Shown: positions 54,301-64,000 of the stretch, in pieces
How positions within the stretch are numbered: the first letter of the stretch is position 1
Layout of the letters: each line of letters begins with the position of its first letter
NCBI GenBank assembly: GCA_951406725.2
Contig: OX597821.1
Coordinates: forward strand, 80,104,001-80,168,000
Direction of reading: 5' to 3'
Length of the DNA stretch: 64,000 nucleotides
Source of the DNA: Octopus vulgaris
Taxonomy: Eukaryota
The notes under the pieces: generated by a model
What the model was told of the DNA's origin: nothing
Database searches by the model: none
Seen by the model: only the letters and a program-made list of their open reading frames with translations
Made by a program: the position numbers and the translations under genes

Positions 54301-54332
<32 letters not shown>

Positions 54333-55240
54333 GGGGGGGTAGAGAGAAAGAGAGAAAGATACACACATACCTAAAGGCACGGGTGTGTATACGTGTGCAT
54401 ATCTTTATATGTATGTTATATATAAATGAATTTGTATAGAGATATTTATCTATATGCATATATATGTGCACACACACATACACACACACACACATATATA
54501 TGATTGTGTGCATGCGTGCAGATTTGTATGCGTAAATATCCTCGTGTATCTATATATGTGTATGTATATGTGTAGGCATGTGAGTGTATGTAAATACACA
54601 CACAACAAAACGAGCATCTCAGTGTATGGTTGCTGAAATAACTGTTCACATGATCTGCCCTCATCTGATAAGGACATTCCTAAATGCACACATGCATTGC
54701 ATGCGTATTCCAACACATCCAAAACCTATTATGTCACCGGGCTTTTGCAATGACGTCATGCAATCACGGTATTTGTCAGACTATTTTATTGATAGGCTAC
54801 AAACAGTCACTTTCTCCGTTTATTTGATTATCTTGACAATTTGGCACGAAACTTCGTACTGCTATATTCGTATCTAACAAGAAAGTTGTTCTCTCTCTCT
54901 CTCTCGGTCACACACACTAGAATTTTATGTAATATTTGAAAATGTAAGAGAAAGGAAACGAAGGTAAGAAGGGACGCTGATATTTTAGTGTGATGTAAAG
55001 CAGCGAGCTGGTAGAATCGTTAAGCACGCCAGGCAAAAATATTTTGCGGCATTTCGTCCCTCTTCACGTTCTGAATTCAAATTGAAATGGCTGCGTGGTA
55101 AGAAGCTTGCTTCCCAATCACATGGTTCCGGATTCAGTTCCACTGCATGGCACTTTGGGCTAGTGTCTTCTACTATAGCTTTAGGCCGACAAAAGCCTTG
55201 TGAGTGGATTTGGTACACGGAAACTGAAAGAAGCCCGTCG

Positions 55241-55343
<103 letters not shown>

Positions 55344-56666
55344 TAAGATTGACAATCTTATTTTTAATGAAATCCTAATATTTTTAATGAACTTAATAAT
55401 ATTTTCTCAAGATTTTTCCTTGTAAACTGTTTTTAACATTTTCTTATTATTATTATCAAAGAATGTATAACTGTATTTTAATACATTTGTGACAACCAGT
55501 ACTTAACACAACAAAGCTTTTACAAAGCTTTTTCATTTTACTTTTGACAATCTTTTTCTAAAAATGTGAAACCGGCCAGGTGAATAAACATCTTTTAAAT
55601 TTGCATTTTCAAACCTTCTTTCATATATATTTCCACTCGTGCGGTACCTCACAACTGAACTTTGTTATATATATACATATATCCCTACAAACAAACAAAA
55701 GGTGGTTAGAATCCTTTTCTGCTCAATCAAAGTTGGTATTTAATTAAAGAACAACAAAAACAGCATAGCAGTATGATAGATGTGGCAAACATATTGATTT
55801 CTTATATAAGGAGAACAGCAGGCACTTGCCCGTTGACAAGAACAATCGACTATATCGACCTCAGTACTGAACTGATTCTTTATTTTATCGACTCGGAAGG
55901 ATGAGGGCATCTCAGTGGAATTTGAACTCAGAGTGCAAAGTCTCAAAATATCATCCCACGTCCTTTATGCAAAGTAGGGCCTTCTTTAAGCTTTTATGCT
56001 CTAAGAACTTTTTCCTGAATATTCACTGCAGAAAATGGGGTGCATCCAATACGCCTGTACGTCTTCTATGCGGTAGATATACGGTAGATCACTTAAGTAA
56101 GCCGTAGATAGAAATAAGTAATGAGGTCGATAGGATCAGCTAAAACCCGTGAATATGATGCTCTAGCATGGTCGCAATTCAACAAATGAAAGCAGTAAAA
56201 GAATTTAAGCAAATAGTAAGAGGAGGAAGAATTATTGCTATTATTGGGGTAAAATACCACATTTTTAGACGCAAAGTATTGCCATTTGAATCAGCATGTA
56301 TTGGTTTCGCTTCCAGGATGGGAAGTAAAAATGAGCCATGCAGGATTTGAACCTAAGAACGTGGAAGGAAGGAACTAAATTATTCTATGTATTTTGATCA
56401 TTATTCCATGATTCCTGCCATTCCATCTCATCTAGATTTTCTATAAGAACGGGCGTTTCACGACTTGGAGCCAGATACTTGCGGGAGGGGAAGAATGGGA
56501 GGTGGAACAGGGAGAAGTGGAATTCAGGGTACAAGAACACGTTTGTTTGTGTAAGTTGTGAGAAAGCGAGAGATATGTATATATACGCAAATCTATACAT
56601 ACATACATACATACATACATACATACATACATGCAAACACACACATATATACATATATATATGCGT

Positions 56667-56715
<49 letters not shown>

Positions 56716-58969
56716 TATAATATTAAGTATATATATATATATATATATACATATGTATATATGCACACAAACACATTTATATTTACATACATATACATTT
56801 ATATAAACGCAAATGCACACACACGCGCGCGTACACACACACATACACACACGTATACATGTATGCACGTATCGAGAAAGTGAGCAATCTGGGGAGTCTC
56901 CCACCCAACCCCCTACCCATGATTCCAGTATTTGACAAAGGACATTGTGTGTGTTATGATTGATCTGTCCCCACAGCTTGACAGACATAGATCTTTGTCT
57001 CGTGTTGATCCTGTATTTAATGTTTTTTTTTGTTTATTTCATTATTCTAGTTTATTTGTTATGTTATTTCTTCTTCTTTATGGGTTTCAGGGAAACTATT
57101 GTTGTTATTTATCGCAGTCGTTATGGATACCTCGCAACACCCCAACTCCATCAACACTACTATCTCCGTCACCACCATTGTCATATCTACACTGTCATAT
57201 ACCACCATCATTGAAAACACTGCTGCATTCACTGCTACGGCACTGCTGCCACCACCACGATCATTACATCCCCATCGTCACTATCAAAACATTCATAACA
57301 ACAACAGTCGTAAAACTAACTACAGCAACAACAATAATAACATAAACAAGAATAAGAATATAAGAAGCCAAAACTCCCGCCATCAGCGTCGGCAACGTGA
57401 ACAAGACTCCCAAGGGAGATTATTCATGGTTTGAACGCTCTGCAGGTAACAGCCGCAAAATCTTTTATAAATTGAATACAGCAGACTTAAAAATTAAAAG
57501 GGTTTGTATAGTATTTCAAAAGAATAAAGCATGGATTTGTTATGACTGGAGGTACTTAGATCGTAGACCTGCTCAATCAGATTCGACCTGGTGTTAAACA
57601 ACAACGACAAATAGGACAAAGCCCAAAACAAACAAACAACACTAACGTAATTATCACCATCACCACCATCACCACCTCAACCACTAACAATTTTAGGTGG
57701 TTGAGGTGATGGTGGGAAGGTTGCTTCGACGTGGTTTGACGTCCTGCTAGAAGAAGTAACCCAATTTACCACAAATTACATCATACATTCTTAAAAACAA
57801 GGGGTCGACATATTGACCAGTATAGTCCTAGATACATGGGTGTCCCCTTACGGATAGGAAATATAAGAGAGATAATCATTTCTTCATAATATATGGTAGG
57901 ATTTGAAAATCTGAATGCGAAATTAAGGAATTAAGAAGAACATGAATAGAATACACATATTTATTTATTTATTTATTTATTTATCTTTTGTTGCTTAGTT
58001 ATTATCTTATACTGCTTACAGTCATTGGACTTCGTCCATGCTGGAGCATTGCCTCGAAGGGTTTAGTCGAACAACTTGACCCAGTACTTATTTTTTTATA
58101 GCCTTGTACTTATTCTGTCGGTCTCAGTCACCGAGCCGCTAAGTTACGGAGGGATGACACACTAACACTGATTGTCAAGTGGTAATAGGAAGACAAAGAC
58201 AAGCACAAAGACAAGGCAGGCTTCTTTCAGTTTCCGTCCACCAAATCCCCTCACAAGGCTTTATTTGGTCTCGGGCTATAGTAAAAGACACCTGTTCAAG
58301 GTGCCATGTAGTGAGATTGAAACCAGAACCATGTAGTTAGGAAGCAAACTCCTTGCCACATAGCCACATAAAAAGAAACAAAACAAAACAAAAACGGGTT
58401 GGTCATGGCTAGAACGCTGAATCAGGTTTGACTTGTGGGTTAAACAAGAGTAACAACATAAATAATAACTCGACCAGTGGTAGTGCATCCATCAACAACA
58501 ATAACTCACCCCACTACCACCACCACCACCACCACCACCACCATCACCACTACCACCACCACCACCACCACTAACAACAACAACAACAACAACACTGCAA
58601 CAACTACGGCCACCATTACCGTCACACGCTATTTTCTACCACCGTTATCAATAACAATACCGCCATTACAACAATCAACGCCTCCATTCAGCAATCTGTC
58701 CAACATCCATTCATCAGCGACACACACAGCGCTAGTAATGTAGCTACTCCTTCAGAGGAACCCCACAACTAATATACGTATTAAATATCTGCTAATGATA
58801 CCCAACAAAACATTTTTCAGTGACAGCACCACCGACACAGAGCAATGAATACATATTCCAACACACACACATCCGCGCTAACGGATATGTACATACACAC
58901 ATACACACGCGCGTGCGCACATACACACAAACGCATACATGTATAGAGACGGACATACACACATACATA

Positions 58970-59520
58970 CATGTAAACACAACATACCTGATATAATGAT
59001 TTGTGATAGAGAAAAGAAACTGTGTACAGTTGTGGAAATTAGTTGCCCAGCGGATGTTAACGCAAAGCTGAAGATCAGTGAAAAAGAGAACACTTATGCT
59101 GAACTATTGAGAGATCTGTAGTTACTCTATCCAGATGATAAGTTCAGGTTTATGACTGTAATTACTGGGGACCTGGGATATGTAACACACTGCCTAAATA
59201 CCAATCTTGAGAAATTAGGCTTCTCAAAACCAGAAAGGAGAAAACTAATTCGGAGACTACAGATCCAATCTATCTGTGGAACTGTAAAACTCTGTTAAAC
59301 TTTCCAGGAGTTTATCATTTAAATATGTATGAGCATGTCTAGATATGTAGCTATATGCATGAGGATACATACATAAAACAAAACATACGAATGTGCAGAG
59401 GCATACAAATGAAAAAATATTCTACTGTTGATGTTGAAATTCCAATGTAAGAGCCTTGGATCTAGATTAGAAACCGGCTCTTTCATGACTGGCAAGAAAT
59501 CTTGAAATAAAACTGAACAA
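58970..59520 (+). mobile_element. 5'-truncated R4/Dong-like LINE: restriction-like endonuclease domain plus 3' UTR
   Basis: CKHNIPDIMICDREKKLCTVVEISCPADVNAKLKISEKENTYAELLRDL*LLYPDDKFRFMTVITGDLGYVTHCLNTNLEKLGFS matches the HNRPD...D/E...K.xEKxxxY...GALG PD-(D/E)xK-type RLE of R4/Dong. It contains in-frame stops. Confidence 0.8.
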
Positions 59521-59573
59521 TGGCATATATGCATACATATATACAAATTGATAGATAAATAGATAGACAGATG

Positions 59574-59656
<83 letters not shown>

Positions 59657-59669
59657 GGAGAAAGGCAGA

Positions 59670-59870
59670 AAGCTGGCAGATATGTTAGCACGACGTTAAA
59701 ATGCTTAGCGGTATTTCGTTTGTCTTGTTCTGAGTTCAAATTCCGCCGGAGTCGACATTGCCTTTCATCCTTTCGGGGTCGATAAATTAAGTACCAGTTG
59801 CCTACTGAAGTCGATCTAATCGACTGTCCCCACTCCCACAAAATTTCGGGTTTTGTGTCTAGAGCAGAAA
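59670..59870 (+). mobile_element. SINE family A
   Basis: Consensus match. Confidence 0.8.
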
Positions 59871-59976
59871 GTATATATATATAGGGAGATTTAACGAAAA
59901 AAAAAAAAATAAGACGAAGACAGGTGGTGTAGAAAACAAACAGATGTATTAGTATAACGGTCGGGAATTGAAAAAG

Positions 59977-60014
59977 TCTTTAACGTTTCGAGCCTACGCT
60001 CTTCCACAGAAAGA
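59977..60014 (-). ncRNA. Minimal type I hammerhead-like motif within a (TA)n-flanked Penelope-like fragment (59884-60089)
   Basis: Minus strand: TCTTT CTGTGGA A GAGC-gtag-GCTC GAAA CG TT AAAGA. Stem I and stem II are perfect, stem III is the palindrome ACGT, and the core differs from CUGANGA at one position. Confidence 0.6.
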
Positions 60015-60087
60015 AACAAGGAGAGAAAAAAATGTGTGTAGTGGCTACCGATCTATCATGGCGAATGCCGGACAGAATGATCACACA

Positions 60088-60142
<55 letters not shown>

Positions 60143-60366
60143 GAGAGAGAGAATGAGAGACGACAGGTAGGGGAAGGGAAGACAGACAGTGTGAAGAGAG
60201 AGACGGTGAGTTGGCAGAGTGGTTAGAGCGTCAGCTGAAATGCATTGCAGCCAGAATTCTATCCCATGATGCTTTTCGTTCCAATTAGGCTGTGGCCAGC
60301 TTTGCCTTTCAGCCGTCTGAAGTCAATGTGTGTGTGTGTATGCGTGTGTTGAGTGAGTGAGTGTGT

Positions 60367-60415
<49 letters not shown>

Positions 60416-60624
60416 CATATATACTATGGTCAAAGTTCGAATGCCCAAACGTCCCGTTTCATTATTCTCAACAATTTAGAGGAACAACAATTATCTCACT
60501 TGCCAACAACTATTTGAAATGAAATATTCACTGAAACCGTTTCATGTCATAATGAATATACGCACGCACACACACACACACACACACATACACACACACA
60601 TACACATACACACACACACAGAAT

Positions 60625-60638
60625 GATAGACAGATAGG

Positions 60639-60675
<37 letters not shown>

Positions 60676-60931
60676 TTATAGATTGGGAGATAAAAAGATG
60701 GTGAGAAAGATGCATAGATAGTTAATTAGATAGAGAGAGAGAGAGGGATGAATAGATAGAGCGATAGAGAGAGAGTGACAGACAGACAGATCGATAGATC
60801 GATAGATAGATTTATAGATTGATAGTTAGAGGGAGGATGAGATAGATGGATAGTTAATTAGATGGAGAGAAGGATGAATAGATAGTTAGATAGGTAGATA
60901 GATAGGTAGATAGATAGACAGAGAGAGAGAC

Positions 60932-61011
<80 letters not shown>

Positions 61012-61018
61012 GGATAGA
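60625..61018. repeat. (GATA)n/(GACA)n microsatellite region with an internal imperfect duplication
   Basis: Directly visible. tagatttatagattg...gatagttaattagat...ggatgaatagatag occurs twice. Confidence 0.9.
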
Positions 61019-61540
61019 TGTTTCTAGAATATGGAAGCGATTTTCAATGGGCGCTAGACTAGAGATAATGAGTGTACCGTGTCTCTAATGGCGGTACACA
61101 CGACTGTAACCAATCCATTAAACTCATAGAAATAAATATTTATCATTTTATACTAAATCCGAAAAGATTTGCCACTCGTGTTCTTGGCACAGTTTTAGTA
61201 TTCATTAAGTGATGCAGGTATAATCGCTATCGCCATATTCATTTCTCCATATTCCTCCTAAGACTACAAGAATGAATGAAGAATAATTTCAAGGAGCCAT
61301 AAAATTCGTGTACATATAACCAAGAACTGATTGTAAATTCAATCCAACAGACCATACTGGTGTCCCCGATTTTCTATTATTGTGACCTTGAATGAAATTA
61401 AAGATGGTAGTGTGTGTGCGAAGCTAAATTTATGGCCTCAGGAATTACTACAGAACCACAGAAATAAATATCGAAATAACTTATGAAATCCAGAAGAGAA
61501 TTTGTCTCTTGTATATAGGCATAAGTTTATGCCAACAATA

Positions 61541-61809
61541 TGGCGTAGTGGTTAAGAGCGCGGACTACTAACCCCAAGATTCCGATTTCGATTCCAAGCA
61601 GTGACCTGAATAATAATAATAATAACAACAACAACATCGAAAAATACCTTAGGAATGAGAACCCAGGATCGCAATTTTCCCAAGATGCCTGATGAAGGCT
61701 GGAGGGTATATCAGCCGAAACGTTGTGTTAACAACAAACAAGATGAGGACAAATATCCGTCAAATGTAAATAATGTACATAATTCCTCATCTCTTAAATA
61801 TAGAAGTGT
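61541..61809 (+). mobile_element. tRNA-headed SINE-like element carrying a hammerhead ribozyme in its body
   Basis: A box TGGCGTAGTGG and B box-like TTTCGATTCC, then an (AAT)n(AAC)n linker, the hammerhead at 61684-61729, and a 3' stem AGATGAGGA/TCCTCATCT. Confidence 0.7.
61684..61729 (+). ncRNA. Minimal type I hammerhead ribozyme (Penelope-type)
   Basis: GATGC CTGATGA A GGCTGG-agggtata-TCAGCC GAAA CG TT GTGTT. The CUGAUGA and GAAA cores are intact, stem II is 6 bp, stem III is the palindrome ACGT and the site is GUU. Stem I is weak, relying on G-U pairs. Confidence 0.7.
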
Positions 61810-62552
61810 ATTATTATTATTATTATTATTATTAATAACGCACACACACACACACACAAACACGTGTGATGTTTTCGGCACTTTAAAGTAACGAAGACTT
61901 TATGTCGACTGAATATATATTAATCACGTCTTTACGTACACAATTTAGAAGAAAAAAATGTAAAAATAAACATAAGGAAGAGGGAAAGACAGTGAGAGAG
62001 CGATAAAAATGATCGGAAAACCAATGATTAACAACATAAAATTTCCTCATAAGGATTTCTAGACGTTGATGTTTCCAAAAGGGACAGCTTAACCGAGTTA
62101 AATGTTCAAACATTATTGGCAACAGTTTATTAGAATTATTCCTTCAAATCCCTGCAAATGTGAGACGTTATTCATATTATTTGGTAAAGCTTTTTAGTGA
62201 GGCTTTTTGGTAAGAAACCGTTCTATGGATTCCGAAATCCATTTCTGAGAGATGTACAAAGCCGATTATAGGTAACTACATAAAGGAGCATAAGCATTAC
62301 AGGGGCTATATGCATGCATGTTGCATGTACGTGTGTGTGTGTGTGTGTGTGTGTGTGAATACATTGAGTAGTTCAATAGATTTCGTTAATTAAAAGTTCA
62401 CAGAGTACAAATCGCAAGTTCTAAACGAAATGGCTGCTGTTCAGTTCTTATTTATGCCGTGGTAATCTCTATGGATTAATCTGAGATAAAGATTTTTTCT
62501 TCAAATTTTGTCCCCATCTTCCTTATTTATTTACCTATTTATTTACTTATAA

Positions 62553-62610
<58 letters not shown>

Positions 62611-63174
62611 ATAAAGTTTTATTTAGACAAAGACGTGTTTTACAACTCTCTTGTCTTTGTATTGCTTTATTTGTAGGCTTTCGAAAACTGAATGATATTC
62701 TCTGTTAATTTGATTAGGATATTTCAAAGAAATACCCGGGTCGAGCAGTTTATTGTTGATTTTCCTCCATATTTCGTGCAGAAAAAAGATGAGATTTTTA
62801 AATATTTTTTTTTGTGGACATTAATCACAAAATACGAGTGAACAGCACTCGGTCAAACAAAATCTCTGAGAGCCACACTGAATAAGAAAGCTGACGACAT
62901 GGACAAAATGATCGCAAGCCAGAGCTCGTGCATGTTGAAAAAGACATCTTGCTTATGTGTGTTTTCATACGAATGAGAGGGAATTTGATGGTTCGCTTAC
63001 CAAGAAAAACTACAGCAGCAAAACAATACCCGGCTTCGAACACATAAGTTTGCATGTGCCACATACAACAAAAGATTCTGCGGTGTGTCACAAGGAAGAA
63101 ACGAAAAGTCATTAATATAAAGACTATACTGGAACAGTTGTATCTTCAGTATAACACATGTACAAGGCGGTGAG

Positions 63175-63275
63175 TGGAGGCACATGGCCTAGTGGTTAGA
63201 GCAGCGGACTCGCAGTCGAGGGATCGCGAGTTCGAATCTCAGAGCCAGGCGTGGCTCGAGAAGGAACAAACAACA
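63175..63275 (+). mobile_element. Very short tRNA-only SINE with a (CAA)n tail and 13-bp TSD
   Basis: A box TGGCCTAGTGG, B box GTTCGAATC and tail gaaggaacaaacaacaac. The direct repeat ACAAGGCGGTGAG is at 63162-63174 and 63276-63288. Confidence 0.75.
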
Positions 63276-63278
63276 ACA

Positions 63279-63492
63279 AGGCGGTGAGATGGCAGGAACG
63301 TTAGCCCGCCGGGCGAAATGCTTAGCGATATTTCGATTGTCTTTACGTTCTGAGTTCAAATTCCGCCGAAGTCGATTTTTACCTTTCATCGCTTCGGGGT
63401 CGATAAATTAAATACCAGTTGAGTTCTGGGATCGATCTAGTCGACTATCCTCTCCCCCAAATTTTAGGCCTTTTGCCTATAATAGAAAAGAT
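63279..63492 (+). mobile_element. SINE family A inserted in the mariner relic
   Basis: Consensus match. The transposase frame resumes immediately after it. Confidence 0.8.
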
Positions 63493-64000
63493 TATAAACC
63501 TACTCCGCAGCTGAAAAATTTCTATCCAAAGATCATGTTGAGTATATGCTGGAATATGCAAGCTGTTCAATGTGGACTATTAAGCAGCAATCGGACAACT
63601 ACGGCTGATATTTACAAGCAGCAACTACGGTGTTCGTAAACAGATTTGGAAAAAACAAAGCCGTCCTGAACGAACGGGAAAAGGGGCTCTTGTTCAACAT
63701 GATATCTATACTGTACAGATAATCGAAAATGTATTAGAGGCACTCTATTGGAAAAAATTGCTTCACCCACCATATTCTTTCGAGAGTCATTTTCTTTCAG
63801 GGTTTTAAAAACACTTGAGGTGGGCTTCAAGAGAGAAGGTCACAAACGTGTAGGTCAAAGCGTTAGGAATTTTATAAACATGGCATCTAAAATTTTGTAG
63901 ACAGATAAAGCAAGGCTGGAGATTATATTGATGACTGCAGAAGGAAGTAGTCAGAGGAAAGTGGTGAGAAAGAGAGGGTGGAAATTTGAGAAAGGGCGAT

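Larger units (their letters stand above)
62830..63940 (+). pseudogene. Decayed mariner transposase interrupted by two nested SINEs
   Basis: 63496-63940 translates, with stops and frameshifts, to YPKIMLSICWNMQAV...LLSSNRTTTADIYKQQL...LVQHD...LEALYWKKLLHPPYS...FYKHGI*NFVDR*SK..GDYIDD. This matches the mariner motifs KKVMLCVWW, QHDNA, WEVLPHPPYSPDL and FYxxGIxKLxxRWxK. The 5' boundary is uncertain. Confidence 0.75.

Noticed and set aside
54640-54722. EGF-like fragment CNACVHLGMSLSDEGRSCE on the netrin strand
   Set aside because: The cysteine spacing does not fit a laminin-EGF domain or any netrin segment, and I found no matching splice sites.
61541-61610. tRNA genes here and at 10390-10464, 34690-34765 and 63180-63250
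   Set aside because: They have A and B boxes but lack a complete cloverleaf or acceptor stem and continue into SINE bodies or tails.

Overview
This is AT-rich, microsatellite-saturated animal genomic DNA. The tRNA-derived SINE families and repeat landscape point to an octopus or other coleoid cephalopod, which is my inference and not a database result. The only host coding sequence I can support is one 189-bp, phase 1-1 exon on the minus strand (32426-32614) encoding the second laminin-EGF (V-2) domain of a netrin. I found no other netrin exon, so most of the window is probably two very long introns. Almost all listed ORFs are microsatellite translations. The rest is a layered transposon landscape: several tRNA-SINE families; decayed non-LTR retrotransposons (R4/Dong-like, CRE-like, RTE, CR1-like); a mariner transposase relic; Merlin-, hAT- and mariner-type MITEs; a Helitron; a Helentron-like element; and several long inverted repeats. 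The most notable signals are four Penelope-type minimal hammerhead ribozyme motifs (one inside a tRNA-headed SINE), a Merlin-like MITE carrying telomere-type repeats, and an R4/Dong-like LINE tied to (TACA)n microsatellites. Repeat boundaries were read by eye and are approximate unless a target-site duplication (TSD) or terminus is quoted.
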